DNA of 63,493 nt, filler included, from Chiloscyllium plagiosum (lineage: Eukaryota): assembly GCF_004010195.1 (NCBI RefSeq). It is 6 parts of 6 records of this genome, joined end to end, with 100 filler letters (N's around TTAATTAATTAA, not from the genome) between each part and the next. Parts side by side here need not be neighbours in the genome. Positions count along the whole stretch, not along the records: positions 49,093 to 50,754 come from NW_025166191.1; positions 50,855 to 61,569 come from NW_025214780.1; positions 61,670 to 63,493 come from NW_025172007.1; 3 more parts are not named here. One strand, given 5' to 3'. The notes under the pieces were generated by a model. It was not told the origin of the DNA. It made no database searches and saw only the letters and a list, made by a program, of their open reading frames with translations. How positions within the stretch are numbered: the stretch's first letter is position 1; each line of letters begins with the position of its first letter. Positions 49,245 to 63,078 of this stretch are shown here, in pieces. The position numbers were made by a program, and so were the translations under genes.

Positions 49245-50754
49245 CTGAAAGACAAGAGAAACAATTTTAATCCCTGCCATTCAAAGGGATTTCAATTCTC
49301 AGAATATTCACTGGTAAAATGTTTGAATATTTGTCTCCAATACCTAATAAACCAGACAAAAGAATTTACATTTTTCAAATTAATTCTTGGGATATGAGTG
49401 TCACTAGCAGGAGAAGAATTTATTGCTCATCCCTAATTGCCCCTGAGAAGGTGATAGTGAAAGAGAAGGGACAATTTTGGACCGTCGTTTGGGGAATGAA
49501 TGTGGGCAGATGGAAGAACTAAAAGATGGCGAGCATTTTAGTGAGTGTGATCAGAACTCAGTGAGATTAATATTAAGGATGGAAATGGAGAACCATGGAG
49601 TAAGTTAAAAGTTTTCATTTTACTAAATGTTTCGGTAATTTAGTAAAAGTGGACTGGAACCAGTGACATGATGGGAAACCAGTGTCAGGGCAGTGGGAAC
49701 CCTCAAGTGACAAGACAGAGATCATTCAGAATCTGTTCCCACAAAGAGTAAGGGTGGGACTCCCAAATCTAGACTCTCAGCCTGGGATGTCAAAAGGCAG
49801 CCAGTGTAGGGAAGACCAAACAGGGAAGGTGATGTTGGTTATCTGGAGATCAAACCTGCAGAAAGCTGAGAGGAGGATAGAAAATGCAGGATTAAAATTG
49901 AACAGGACCTCAGGAAGGCAAAGAGTTGACAGGATGAAATATGTCCAAATGAATCAGGGAAATCCTACTGAACAAGAGGATTGGGGTCATGTACTGACAC
50001 GGATTGGGAACTGGTTGGCAGACAGGGCAGGAAGAACAAGTCTTTTTCTGAATGGCAGGTAGTTACCAGTTGAGGTACCACAGGGGCCAGTCCTTGGTAC
50101 CCAGTTATTCATAATATAATAGAGTCATACAGTCAGAGAGACCCAAAAGACCCATCAGTCCATTGTGTCCACATTGGTCAAAAAACAACAACCCGATAAT
50201 TCTCATCCATTTTTCCAGCATGACGGAATTAGATGCAGTATGTGTTCAAGAAGGAATTAGATATATTTCTTCGGATTAATGGGATCAAAGAATGTGGGGA
50301 GAAAGCAGGAACAGGGGATTATGTTGGATGATTGGCCGTGATCATATTAAATGGTGGAGCAGGCTTGACGGGCTGAATGGCCTCCTATGTTTGATGTTTC
50401 TATCTGTTTCTCAGATATTGAGGGAATGTCTCTTGTCAATTTGAACCTGGAAGTCACATGTGTGTGGAGGTGGAAGATGTGGCCATGACATGGGATAAAC
50501 TGTTTTTCTTGATGGAATGAGGTCATTGCTGGATCGGCAGCATTTGTTGCCCATCCATAATCGCCCTGAGGGCAGTTTAGAGTCAACCACTTTACGGTGG
50601 GTCTGGAGTCACATGGTCACATGGTAATGATGACCGTTTCCTTCCCTTAAGGTCATTAGTGAATCAGATGACTTTTTTCCTGACAATCAACGATGGTCAT
50701 CATTAGACTCTTAATTCCAGATTTTTTATTGAATTCACATTCCACCATCAGCTG

Positions 50755-50854
50755 NNNNNNNNNNNNNNNNNNNNNNNNNNNNNNNNNNNNNNNNNNNNTT
50801 AATTAATTAANNNNNNNNNNNNNNNNNNNNNNNNNNNNNNNNNNNNNNNNNNNN
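50755..50854. other. Artificial scaffold-join linker
   Basis: 44 N + TTAATTAATTAA + 44 N. Confidence 0.97.
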
Positions 50855-51039
50855 AAAGATGCAGAAATAGAGATTATGAGACGGAGTGAGGAACTGGGAA
50901 TGAGTTGGAGGGAGTGGCTTTGAGACAGAGAAAGAGAATATGAAAGAGATTAACAGTGGGGGAGAGAGAGATAGAGGTAGAGAGAAAGAAGTGTAAGTTG
51001 TGAGTCAGAAAGGGAGATAGAGAGAGAGAGAGAGAGAGA

Positions 51040-51960
51040 GAAGAGGACATGTCCTGGTCACCACATTCTGGGAAGGATGTGATTGTACTTGAGAGGGTAC
51101 GGGGAGATTTCCCAGGATGCTGCTTGAATCTGAGCTTTGAGATAAGATTGGAAAGGTTGGGGTTGTTTTCCTTGGAGCAGTGAAGGCTGAGAAGGGACCT
51201 GATAGAGGGGTATAAGATTATTTGGGGCAGTGATAGTGTGGGTAGGAAGGCACTTTTTACATGAGTAAAGGACTCAGTAACCAGGGACCAAGATTGAAGG
51301 CAACACAGACATGGACACACAGAAACTCGGAGCTGGAGCAGGCCATTCGGCCCTTTGAGTCTGCTCTGTCATTCAGTATGATCATGGCTGACCCTCTCTC
51401 TCAAAGCCATATTCCTGCTTTCTCCCTATTCCCTTCATGCTGTTAAAATGCAAAACAATTATCTCTCTCTTTTTCTTGAATATATTCAGTGGTAGAGAAT
51501 TCCACAGGTTGATCACCCTCTGAGTGAAGAAATGTTTCCTCATCTCAGCCCTAAATGGTCTACCCCGTATCCCCCTGAGACTGTGTCCCCTGGTTCCAGA
51601 CTCCCCAACCAGGGGAAACCTCCTCCCTGCCCAGTCCTGTTAGAATTTTATATGTTTCAATCAGATCCCCTCTCATCCTTCTAAACTCGAGTGAATCCAG
51701 GCCCAGTCGAGTTCGAGAGAGAGAGGAGAGTTGAGGAGAAATGTTTTCACCCAGAGGGTGGTGGGAGTCTGGAACTCACTGCCTGAAAGGCTGGTTGAGT
51801 CACAAACTCTCATGACATTGGAGCAGTGTTTAGATATTCCCTTGTGTTGCTGCAGGCTCCAGGGTAATGGGCCAAGAGCTGGAGGATGGGATTAGTGTCA
51901 TCAGAACTTTGTTTACCAGCACAAACACAATGGGCCAAATGGCCTCATTCACTGCTGTTC
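51040..51960. mobile_element. Nested CR1 3' fragments (plus-strand host with a minus-strand insert at about 51305-51710)
   Basis: Host motifs aggctgagaagggacctgatagag and ttttcacccagagggtggtg flank an inverted CR1 tail. Confidence 0.7.
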
Positions 51961-52020
51961 ACATCAATCACTCTCTGAGACAGAGAGAGAGAGAGAGAGA
52001 GAAGAGTAAGTGTGAGGGGC

Positions 52021-52100
52021 TGACGTGGCTCTCTCTGCCTGATGCCATTTACATACTGAGGAACACCCAGTCAGACTCTCACAGGCTGCAGCTTTATAAA
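52021..52100 (+). promoter_or_regulatory. V-kappa promoter: CRE-like TGACGT (52021), octamer variant ATTTACAT (52047-52054), TATAAA (52095-52100)
   Basis: Order and spacing resemble Ig light-chain promoters; the motifs lie 60-140 nt upstream of the ATG. Confidence 0.65.
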
Positions 52101-52160
52101 GCAGAGCCCAGTGAAGGGAGAGTTTATCAGGAACCAGGCACAGGGACAGGAGCACACACC

Positions 52161-52209
52161 ATGATTTCACACATCCAGCTGATCTGGCCCCTGGCATTCT
52201 GTGTCGCAG
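52161..52209 (+). CDS. IGKV: Ig kappa leader exon (MISHIQLIWPLAFCVA-G)
   Basis: Kozak-like caccATG, 49 nt, and a GT donor at 52210. Confidence 0.93.
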
Positions 52210-52395
52210 GTACAAATCTCTCTCCTTCCACCTTGAATCTTTAGCTGTTCTCCATTTCTCTTCAATTCCACTGACTTGTGATTGAAGGGAAAATGCTGAA
52301 ACCAGAGGAAAGCTCAGTGTCTCCAACAATCTCTCATTTGACAGGCTCTTTCTGTGACAGTTCTGACTTCACTGTGTTTCTCTCTGACCCCTCAG

Positions 52396-52693
52396 GTATC
52401 AGTGGGGACATCACCATGACTCAGTCTCCCCCGGTGCTGTCAGTGGGACTGGGCCAGACCGCAACCATCACCTGTACGGCCAGTCAAAGCATTAGCGGCT
52501 ACCTTGCTTGGTACCAGCAGCGAGAAGGTCAGAAACCCTCTCTCCTGATCTATGCTGCAACAGCTCGATTCACAGGAGTCTCCAATCGATTCACCGGCAG
52601 TGGATCAGGGACCAGTTACACCCTGAAAATCAGCAACGTTCAGAATGAGGATGTCGCTGACTATTACTGTCAAAATAGTTACAGCTCCCCCTA
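52396..52693 (+). CDS. IGKV: Ig kappa (NS4/type III) V exon, intact and unrearranged
   Basis: [26 protein letters not shown]...WYQQ...GSGSGT...[11 protein letters not shown]. Confidence 0.97.
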
Positions 52694-52721
52694 CACAGTG
52701 TTACAGAGCCGTACAAAAACC
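52694..52721 (+). other. V-kappa 12-RSS (perfect consensus)
   Basis: CACAGTG-12-ACAAAAACC. Confidence 0.98.
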
Positions 52722-53061
52722 TCATTAGGCACAGTCCCACTGCCTGTACTGACACATCCAGTTACATATGAATATAAATGAACAAACTAACCCATGCTGG
52801 ATTGTCACTGTCCACGACACACTCCAGTCCCTGTGGTGTCCACCATTTACTGAAGGCCTCAAGTTTCCCTCTTACACTCCATCGCCACACGTGAAGAACA
52901 GCTGTAAAACTTAACATTGAAAAATACATTTGACAAACCGCCCAAGCCCAGCTGGACACAACCCAGAGAGACAGAGACAGAAAGACACATGAATGAGGGG
53001 GAGAGAAAGAGAGTGAGAGGGAGAGTGTGAGAATGAGTGAGAAAGGGAAGCAGAGAGCAGA

Positions 53062-53100
53062 GGTTTTTGTACAGCCTCTGCACTGGGAGCTCTCACTGTG
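53062..53100 (+). other. J-kappa 23-RSS (perfect consensus)
   Basis: GGTTTTTGT-23-CACTGTG. Confidence 0.98.
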
Positions 53101-53135
53101 GCTTACGTTCGGTAAAGGAACCAAGCTCAGACTGA
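53101..53135 (+). CDS. IGKJ: Ig kappa J segment (LTFGKGTKLRL)
   Basis: FGXG motif and a GTAAGT donor at 53136, phase 1. Confidence 0.96.
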
Positions 53136-53523
53136 GTAAGTAAATCTCAATCCTCCTTTATGAATCCTGTCAATACTGAAACACACTTTCTAAAATATAG
53201 TTGCTGAATTGTTGAAGGTGTTAGTGGGGAGCTGCAGTGAATGAAATGGTTGATTGAGGAGCACTGTGTCTAACAGGGTGTCCAGCTGTATTTCTTTAAT
53301 TCCATTGCCCCTTTTAAGCAGCAAGATCTAAGTCAGTCAGTTTTACTCACCGTGTGGAGGAGCTCTATTCATTTGCAGCCTGTGGTCCCATTCCTGCAGC
53401 ATGGAGTGAAATCAGTGAGTAGCCTCCTGCCAGTCTCAGTGTGACGGACATGGGCAGAGTTTGATGTGAGCTCTGNNNNNNNNNNNNNNNNNNNNNNNNN
53501 NNNNNNNNNNNNNNNNNNNNNNN

Positions 53524-56500
53524 GAATGTTTCAATTGAAGCTGCCTCCACCACACTCTCAGGCAGTGCATTCCACACCTTAACCACCCACTGGCTGAACA
53601 TGTTGTTCCCCATCTCACTTTTGATTCTCTCACTAATTATTTTAAATCTTTGCCCTCTCCTTCTCAATCTTTTCATGAGTGGGAACATTTTTTCCTTATT
53701 TCCTCTGGCCAGACACCTCCTGATTTTGAATTCCTCAAACAAATTTCCTCTCAGCCTTCACTTCTCCAAGGAAGACAGTCCAAACTTCTCCAAAGTTTGT
53801 TCATAACTGACTTTCCTCATCCCTGAACCTTCTATGGGAATTTTTTTACTCCATCTCCAAAATATTCACATCCTGCATGAATTATTCCCCTTATCTATTC
53901 CCGTAGTCCCAATTGCTTGTATTTAGCTAATTTCCCCCATACCGTTCCTGTCCATGTACCTGTTCAAATGCCTTTTAAATGTTGTTATCATACTCACGTC
54001 TACGACTTCCTCTGGCAGCTCATTCAATACACCCACCACCCTCTATGTGAATGAGATGCACCTCAGAACCCTTTTGAATCTTTCCCCTCTTGCTTTAAAC
54101 CTCTGCTGTTTAGTTTTGGACTCCCTTATTCTGGGGAATAAACCTGAGCTAGTCATCTTATCTATGCCCATTATGATTTTATTAGCCTCTAAAATGTCAC
54201 GCAGCAGTCTCTGACCTTCCAAGGGAAATAGCCCAGGCCTAACCAGCCTCTCCTTATAACTCAAACCCTCCAGTCTCGGTGACATCCTTGTCATCCTTTT
54301 TAAACCCTTTCCAATTTAATGACATCCTTCCAATAGCAGAGTGACTGGGAATGGGCCTGATCAATACCTTGGAGAGTCGTAACAACTCCCACACGTAATG
54401 CTCTGACCGATAGAAGCAATTGAACCAAATGCTTTCTTCACCACCCTGTCTCCATGTGACACCAGTTTCAATCCTCTATGTGCCTCCACCCCTTGGTCTC
54501 CCTGTTTGACAACACTCCCCATGGCCCCACAATTAACTGTGTTAGCCCTGGCCTGGTTTTTGTACCAAAATGCAACACATCGCTATTATCTCAATGTGTA
54601 ATGTAAATGTACTCTCAAATAGCCTTCTTCTCTGTCCATGAAACTACCAATGTTAGTGTCATCTGCAAACTCACAAACCATGCCTCCTATATTCTCATTC
54701 AATTTGTTTCTATAAATGACGAACAATGATGAACCCAGAACCAATCCTTTTGCCACATCGCTGGTCACAGGCTTCCAGTCTGAACAACCATTATCTACCA
54801 CCATTCTCTGTCTCCAACCATTAAGCCAACTTTGCATCAGTTAGCTTGCCCTCCCTGGATCCAACTTGATCTAACTTACTAACCAGTTGTCCATGCAGCA
54901 CTTTGTCAAAGGTCTTGCTAAAGTCCATGTAGACAATGTTTACCACTCTGCCCTGAGCTATCTTCTTGGTCATGTCTTCAAAAAACTCAGTCAAATTTGT
55001 GAGACATGTTTTCCCACTGACAAAGCTTTGTGGATTATCCTTAATCAATTCTTGTCTTTCCAAATGCATTTAGATCCTGTCTGTCAAAATCCCCTCCAAC
55101 AACTTACCACTATCAGACTCACCGGTCTATAATTCCCAGGGCATTCCTTGCAGACCTTCCTAAATATCAGCACAAAATTAGCCAAGCTCCAGTCTTCCAG
55201 CACATCACCCGTGGCTGTTGATGATACAAACATCTCACCAAGGGATGTCAAAGTCTCTTCCCAAGCTTCCCACAAAGTACTGGGATGGAGCTGATCAGGT
55301 CCTGGGGATTTATCTACCTTTATGAGTTTAAAGAACAGATTACTGCACCTCTTCTTCTGTAATATGGACTCTTCTCAAGACATCAACATTTATTTCCCAA
55401 ATTTCCTTCACTTCGATGTCCTTCTCAACCATAAATACTGCAGCAAAATATTAGATTGTTAACTCATTCATATTCTGTTTCAAAATAAAATATGAAAATT
55501 CTAAGAGTGAGACATTTGGAGGTGATCCATGGGATATGATCCATGGTCATGACTTTACTCTGGATTGTCCTTTGTCCTTTTCCACTGTCTCCCTAAACCT
55601 TGTGATACAATTATCACTCTTCCCTAAATGTCCTCCCACTGACACTTGATCTACTTGGGCCTCCTCATTCCCAAGATCCAGGTCTGGCAGAGTTTCCTTT
55701 CTGATTGGAATGCGAACACACGGTTGGAGAAAATTCACCCGAGCACACTCTCACAACTCTGGCCCCTCTCTGCCCTTCACACTGCTCCGATTTCATTCTA
55801 TATTCTGATAATTAAAGTTACCCAAAAGTATGCTGTGAATTTCTTGCAGATTTCTCCCTCGACATCCTTCCCTCTAGCTGGTGACTGACAGACTGCACTG
55901 AACAACCTGATTGCACCTTTTTTGTTCCTTATCTCAAACCAAATCCATTCTGCCCTTGAACCCTCTGGGACATCCTCTTTCTCCAGCTCTGCACCGATCT
56001 TAACCAATCCCACACCTTCTTCCCCTTTTCCTATCTTTATTGAACACCTTGTATCCAGGAATATTTAACACCCAGTCCTGTCCTCATTTGAGCCTCATCT
56101 GTAAGAGCAACAACACCAGACTTCCACTTGGTAATAAGCGTCTGTAACTCCCCAATCTTACTCTCCATACTCCACGCAGGCCCATACATGCACACAGTCA
56201 GTTGGATTTAGAAATTATTACTCTCTCCCTCACTGTGACCCGGCCAAGAAAGTTACTATTCCTTACTTAAGAATATCTATCTCTTCCATGATTCTGTTTT
56301 CCTTGGTGTTCCTCCTGGTTCCCACAGCCCCCCTTGCATGTTCATTTAAACCCTCTCCAACAGCACCAGCAAATCACCCCACAAGGAGCTCAGTTCTGTT
56401 CAGGAGCAACCCATCTGGTCTATAGAGGTCACATCTCCCACAAAGTCATTCCCAATGTCCCAAGAATCTCAAACGCTCCCTCTTGGATCATCTTTCCAGC

Positions 56501-57290
56501 CTCAGATACACCCTGCCTTATCCTTCTGTTCCTATCCTCACTTGCATTGGTCACTGGGAGTAGTCCAGAGATTCACAATTTTGTTGCTAATTGCCTCCAG
56601 AGCTCCCTAAATTCTGACTGCAGGACCACATCCCCTTTCTCCCTCTGTCACTGGGACCACAACTGCTGCCTGTTCCCCCTCTCCCCTCAGGGTGCTCTGC
56701 AGCTGCTCAGTGACATCCTTGACCCTGACACCAGGGAGACAACACACCATCCTGGATTCCCATCTGCAGCTGCAGAAACACCTATCGATTGTCCTCACTC
56801 TCGAATATACTCTCACTATCGCTCTTCCAGTCTTTCTTGTGCCTCCCTGTACAGCTGAGTCCCCCATGGTGCCATGGACTTCGCTCCGGCTGCACTCCCA
56901 AGAGGAACCATCATTCTCATCAGGATTCCAAACTGAATCCTGGTTGGACAGTGGGAGGCACTCAGGGGATTCCTATATTAGCGGCCTGGACCTGTTGGAC
57001 TGTCTGCTGCTCCCCCATTCCCTCTCTCCCTGCATACTCTGAAGCTGCAGAGTGACCACATCTAGAAACATGCTCTCCACAGAGCTCTCAGCCTCACGGA
57101 CACTCCGCACTGACACCAGCTGCTGGTCAAGCTCCGAAACCCAGAGCTCCAACTGCTGTCACTGACCACACTTCCTGAACTCATGGTATTCCAGGAGATA
57201 GGAAGCATCCTGAAGTTCCCACATGGAACAGGGTGCACACTCTCACCACTCCCTGGTTATCCCTTGATAAAGTTCTGATGACAAACAGCT
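53524..57290 (-). mobile_element. Degenerate CR1 LINE sequence: ORF1 esterase-like, endonuclease and RT remnants (may be more than one copy)
   Basis: RMVCCLPGVRVKDV...GEGEQ (ORF1), LGKSD (endonuclease), and PGNYRPVSL, YMDFSKTFDKV and FADDT (RT). Confidence 0.85.
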
Positions 57291-57349
57291 CCAGCTGGGC
57301 TCAAATTCAGGCCTTTCAGTGTTCCAGGGTTTTGCAGAGTCTGTTCAAA

Positions 57350-60300
57350 AGACAATATGATAACAGAGCAGAATTAGGCCATTCGGCCCATCAAGTCTGC
57401 TGTGCCATTTGGGCATGGCTGATGTGTTTCTCACGACCATTCTCCTGTCTTCTTCCCATTATGTTTGATCGCCTTCCCAATCAGGAACCTATCAATGTCC
57501 GTCCGAAACACACTCAATGCCTTCACCTCCACAGCATGCGTTCCACAGATTGACCACTCTCTGGCAGAAGAAATTCCTCCTCATCTCAGTCCTAATGGAT
57601 TATCCCTAAATTCTGTGGCTGTGCCCTCTGGTCCATGTTTCTCTTACTGGTGGAAACATCTCATCCCCGCCCACTCTATCCAGGCCTCTCAGTATTCTGT
57701 AAGTTTCAATGTGATCTCCGCATGTCCTAACAAGTACACATCCAGAGTCTTCAATCTCTCCTCAACAGACCAGGCTGTCACCCCCAGGGTCATTCTCATA
57801 AACCTCCTCTGGATCTCCCCCAATACAAGCACATCCCTCCTTAGATACAGGTCCCAAAACTGTTCACAATATTCCAAATACAGTCTGGCCAGAGTCTCAT
57901 ACAGCCTCAGCAGGACACACCTGCTCTTATATTCTAACTCAGGTGAAATGAATGCTAACATTGCATTTGTCTTCCTAATTGCCAACTGAACCTACATATT
58001 AACCTTAAGTGAAATCTGAAAGAGGACTCCTAAGTCCCTTTATATTTCAGAATTCCAAATTTCCCCATTTAGAAAACAGTTTGAGTCTCTATTCTTCCAA
58101 CCTAAGGGCATAACCTCATACTTTCCCACTTTGTATTCCATCTGTCAATTCTTTGCCCGCTCTCTGAGCCTTTCCAAGTCCTTCTGCAGCCTCCCTGCTT
58201 CCTCAACTCTCCCTGTCCCTCCCCTCATCTTTGTGTCATCAGCAAATTTAGGAACAATGCCCTCAGTTCCTTTTTTCAGATCGTTAATATATAATTAATT
58301 GTTACATGAATAGCTGAGGTCCCAACACTGCCCCCTGCTGAACTGCACGAGGCACCAGCTGCCATCCTGCAAAAGACCCATTTATTTCCACTCTCTGTCC
58401 ATGTCAGTACTGGGCCCCAAACCCCATGGGCTCTTATGTTATTTAGCAGCCTCCTGTGTGGCAACTTGTCAAAGGCCTTCTGGAAACCCAAACAGATCAT
58501 GTCCATTGGCTCTCCTTTGTCTAACTTGCTCATTGATATTATTGCATATAATTCCCAGCTTCTCCCTCTCGAACTGCAGGGTGAATTGTATCACATTATA
58601 GTCACTGCCCCCTCAGGGTTCACTCACCTTCAGCTCCCCAATCAGGGCTGCCTCATTACACATCACCAAATCTAGAATTACCTGTTTCCTAGTGGGTCTA
58701 CCACAAACTGTCCCAAAACAGCCTCTCGCAGACATTCCATGAATTCCTTTCCTTGAGGTCCATTCCCAACCTAACTTTCCCAGTCCACCTGCATATTGCA
58801 GTCCCCATGATTATTGTAATAATCCCTTTCTTACATGCGTTTTCTATCTCCTGATTTATTTTCTGCCCCACATCCCGACTACTGAGAGGAGACTTGTACA
58901 TAATTCCCATCAAGCCCTTTGCTATTTTGTGGGTCCTTAAGTTGACTCACACAGATTCTATGCTTTCCAACTCCATATTTCCTCTTGTTGTCGATGTAAT
59001 TTCAGTTCTTCCTGACAGGGTAAACCTGTTCCTCCCACACACACCCCCACCACCCTCACACCTCTACCCATCATTAGAAACATAGAAACATAGAAAATAG
59101 CTGCAGGAATAGGCCACTCAGCCCTCCGAGTCTGCACCACCGTTCAATATGATCATGGCTGATTACGCAATCTATTATCCCATTCCCACTCCACCCCCAT
59201 ATCCCTTGATTCCACAGGTTCACAGCATCGGAATAACTTAGCCCTTAATCTTCAACTGTGACCCCTAGTTTTGGATTTTCGTAATATCAAGAACATTCTT
59301 CCAGCATCAAGCCTGTCAAATCCCATCAGGATTTTATATGTTTCTGTGAGATTCCTCTCATTCTTCTAAATACCAGTGAGTACAAGCCCAGTTGATCCAG
59401 TCTTTCCTCATATGTCAGTCCTGCCATCCCGGGAATCAGTCTGGTGAACCTTCGCTGGGCTCCCTCAACAGCAAGAATGTCCTTCCTCAGACTAGGAGAC
59501 CAAACCTGCAGTCAATACTCAAGCTGAGGCCTTAATTCTGCAAGACATCCTTACTCCAATACACAAATCCTCTCACTGTGAAGGCCAGCATGTCATTAGC
59601 TTTCCTCACTGCCTGCTGCACCTGCATGCCCCCTTTCAGTTACTGTTCCACCATGACACCCAGCTCTCATTGCACCTCACCTTTTCCTAAACTTTCACCA
59701 TTCACTAATAATCTGACTTCCTGTTTTACCACCAAAGTGGATAATCTCACATTTACCCACATTATATTGCATTTGCCAAGTACTTGTCCACTCAGCCAGC
59801 CTGTCCAAGTCACTCTGCAGCCTCTTAGCATCCTCCTCACAGTACACATTGTCACCCAGCTGAGTGTCATCTGTAAATTTGGAGGGATTGCATTCAATTC
59901 CTTTGTCCATATCATTTATGTATATTGTGAACAGCTGGGGTCCCAGCACTGAACCCTGCGGTACCCCACTCATCACTGCCTGCCACTCTGAGAAGGACTC
60001 ATTTATTCCAACTCTCTGCTTTCTCTCTCCATGTCAATACATTACCTCCAATACCATGAGGTTTAATTTTGCTCACTAATCTCTNNNNNNNNNNNNNNNN
60101 NNNNNNNNNNNNNNNNNNNNNNNNNNNNNNNNNNNNNNNNNNNNNNNNNNNNNNNNNNNNNNNNNNNNNNNNNNNNNNNNNNNNNNNNNNNNNNNNNNNN
60201 NNNNNNNNNNNNNNNNNNNNNNNNNNNNNNNNNNNNNNNNNNNNNNNNNNNNNNNNNNNNNNNNNNNNNNNNNNNNNNNNNNNNNNNNNNNNNNNNNNNN

Positions 60301-60475
60301 NNNNNNNNNNNNNNNNNNNNNNNNNNNNNNNNNNNNNNNNNNNNNNNNNNNNNNNNNNNCCTGGGGACTTACCAAGTTTTGATACCATCAATCTCCCCAA
60401 AACCATTTCCTGACTAACAAGGATTACCTTCAGTTCCTCCTTCACACTTGACCCTCTATGCCCTCGCATTTCCTT
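57350..60475 (-). mobile_element. Two adjacent CR1 LINE fragments (boundary near 59075)
   Basis: FQKAFDKLPH; [20 protein letters not shown]...FTDDT; an atagaaac-type tail at 59075-59100. Confidence 0.85.
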
Positions 60476-60634
60476 TCAATAGGATGTGCATCCTTGAATG
60501 TTTAATTCCCAGCCGGATCCCCTTGCAGCCACGTCCCTGCACTACAGGCTCATTTACCTTGTTTCATAAACTCGATGCATCGAAGTACAACACCCTCAGT
60601 CATGCACTGACTGCTTCCTTCTCATAGTTATCTC

Positions 60635-60870
60635 CGTCAGAAATCACAGAATCCCTACAGGCCATTCAGCCCAGACTGACCCTCCAAATAGCATCCCACC
60701 AACCCTACAATTCCCATGGATAATCCTCCTAACCTACATATCTTTGTGACAATGGGAGGAAACCCAAGTGGACACGGGGAGAATGTGTAAATCCCACACA
60801 GACAGTCAGTTGGAATTGAGTCTGTGTCTCTGAAGCTGTGAGACAGCAGTGCTAACCACTGATCCACCAT
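60635..60870 (-). mobile_element. Diverged V-SINE
   Basis: Head cagcagtgctaaccactg and a decayed V domain. Confidence 0.75.
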
Positions 60871-61569
60871 TCCACTCTACAGTGCCTCAAGTTCGATTCC
60901 TGATCCTTTCCATACTCTCAATCCTATTACTTGGTCTGGATACTTTAATAACCTCTCCTGAACTCCTACTTCTTTAGTTAGTTTAAACTCCTCGCAAACT
61001 TGATTTCCCTTGGTTTGTGTGGTATCACTTTGTCTACATTATTCCGAATGGTTCATGTGTTAAGAGACAAAACCTTTAAGCTTGTTCTATATTGAGCTTC
61101 CCTGCACTTTTAAGTTTCCTCAGTGCAATATGACATTCAAAATACTCTGTCCCTTCCTTTTATTTTCTAGTAACAATCAATTCCATCACTAACTAGTATT
61201 CCTCCCTTCTCCTTTAACTCCTCATTTTCCATTCAACTGTTCTAGTTACTTTCTCTTTGAATCATATTCAGGCTGATACTTATTCCTGATCAAACATCTC
61301 TCAAAGCTGTTCCTTGGTTCATTGTTGCTTGTGGGATCTTGCTGTGTACAATCTGGTTTGCACATTTCCTACATTACAACAAGTCCCACACTGTCTGCAA
61401 ATGTCTTGGGGACAGCATGGATATTTCTTTTCTTTGGATGAACTGGGAGTCTTTCAGATGTGAAAGATGATGTTCCAATAGTGCACAGTTCTCCTCCTGA
61501 AATACAGTTGCTGATATATATGTCCCTCTCTTTTGTGAAAACAGACCGGAAGTTTTCATGAGGAACCAT

Positions 61570-61669
61570 NNNNNNNNNNNNNNNNNNNNNNNNNNNNNNN
61601 NNNNNNNNNNNNNTTAATTAATTAANNNNNNNNNNNNNNNNNNNNNNNNNNNNNNNNNNNNNNNNNNNN
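61570..61669. other. Artificial scaffold-join linker
   Basis: 44 N + TTAATTAATTAA + 44 N. Confidence 0.97.
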
Positions 61670-62353
61670 GAACTGAGATGGGGAGGGATTTCTTCAGCCA
61701 GATGGTCATGAGTCTGTGGAACATGTTGCTGCAGAGGGCTGTGGAGGCCAGGCCATTGTGTGTACTCAAGCCAGAGAGAGATCGGCTCTTGTTTAGTACG
61801 GGGAGAAGGCAGGAGAATGGCTTTAGCCCGAAATGTCGATTTTACTGCTCATCGGATGCTGCTTGACCTGCTGTGCTTTTCCATCATCGTTCTGATCTAA
61901 ACTCTGGATTGGCCGAACAACCTTATTCTGATCCTCTATCAAATTGACGTAGTGAAAATATGCAGTGACCCTTACTTGAAAATAAATCAAAATGCGTTCA
62001 ATGGTTCATTCCCTGCTCAAGAATGACCTGTTTATTGGACATTGTACGACATCGATTTTTATCTGGTACTGAGCTCTTTAACTTCATTTATGGGATCAGA
62101 CCACAGACCAAGTGGCTATTACATTTGATAAATTGGGATAAACGTGATCTCACTGAGCTGCCTTAAGATGCTCTCTGTAATTAGTGGATGAGGCAGGAGA
62201 ATAAATTCTGATGGGAATGCTACAATAGAGATGAATGAACTAGGAACTCAAGACAACATTTCCATCGCGTTTGTAGATTAATTAAGACGCTTTTGTTTGT
62301 TTTTTTTTCTCCCCTGCTCTATGAAGAAATTTAAAAATGCAGCTTGGGAAATA
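61670..62353 (+). repeat. IgM C-mu2/C-mu3 intron, paralogous to 47488-48260 (inverted)
   Basis: Colinear reverse-complement similarity with substitutions and two larger indels. Confidence 0.9.
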
Positions 62354-63078
62354 AAGTGAAAGTACAGACCAGTTATGAACTAACTGAATGGAGGGAAAGA
62401 CTTCAGGAGATGGGTGTCCTTCTCGATATCCAATGCTGTACTCAATGTCTTGTTTTCAGATCTATTCCAAACACAGCCCACGAGCAACAATGACATAAAT
62501 TAGAGAATGACATCACACCAATAACGCAAAGTATTTTTAATCATGTTAAATATAATGAACATAATTTCCATGGCTGTTCACTGCTCCTGTAACACTTTAG
62601 AACTCTGCAAAGAGAATAATAATTATTTATTATAATCTGTCCAAAATTTGGGATGTGATTTGGCAGTCAGTGTGACCAGCTGCACTTGCACCTAAAGGTT
62701 ATGAACATGGAAATGAACTCATTATATTCAGATTACTCTTGTCACAAGTATCAATGGATGGTCTTAAGTGAGAGACAAACTCCGAAAGAAAGATAATTCC
62801 ATGGGTTACATGATGGTATCTTCGATGATTTTACTTTTTTCACGGTTTCACTTGTTACAAAGCCAGTGTTCTTTCGGAATAATTACACAGGGTATGTTAT
62901 CGGTAATCACAAATGCTTCACAGATCAAAATACATCGACAATAGTAAGCATCGTTTCAGCAATAGTTGGAGTTGCCATTTTGAAGGTGGTGTCTTCACCC
63001 TGTGAAGGGGTAATCTGAAGATTGGCTGTTTGTATCAGAAAGGGGCATTTTTCATTGACTTTGATTTTTGTTTCATAG

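Noticed and set aside
49093-53135. C-kappa inverted and upstream of V-J (teleost-like inversional layout)
   Set aside because: An artificial linker at 50755-50854 separates them, so relative orientation is unsupported.
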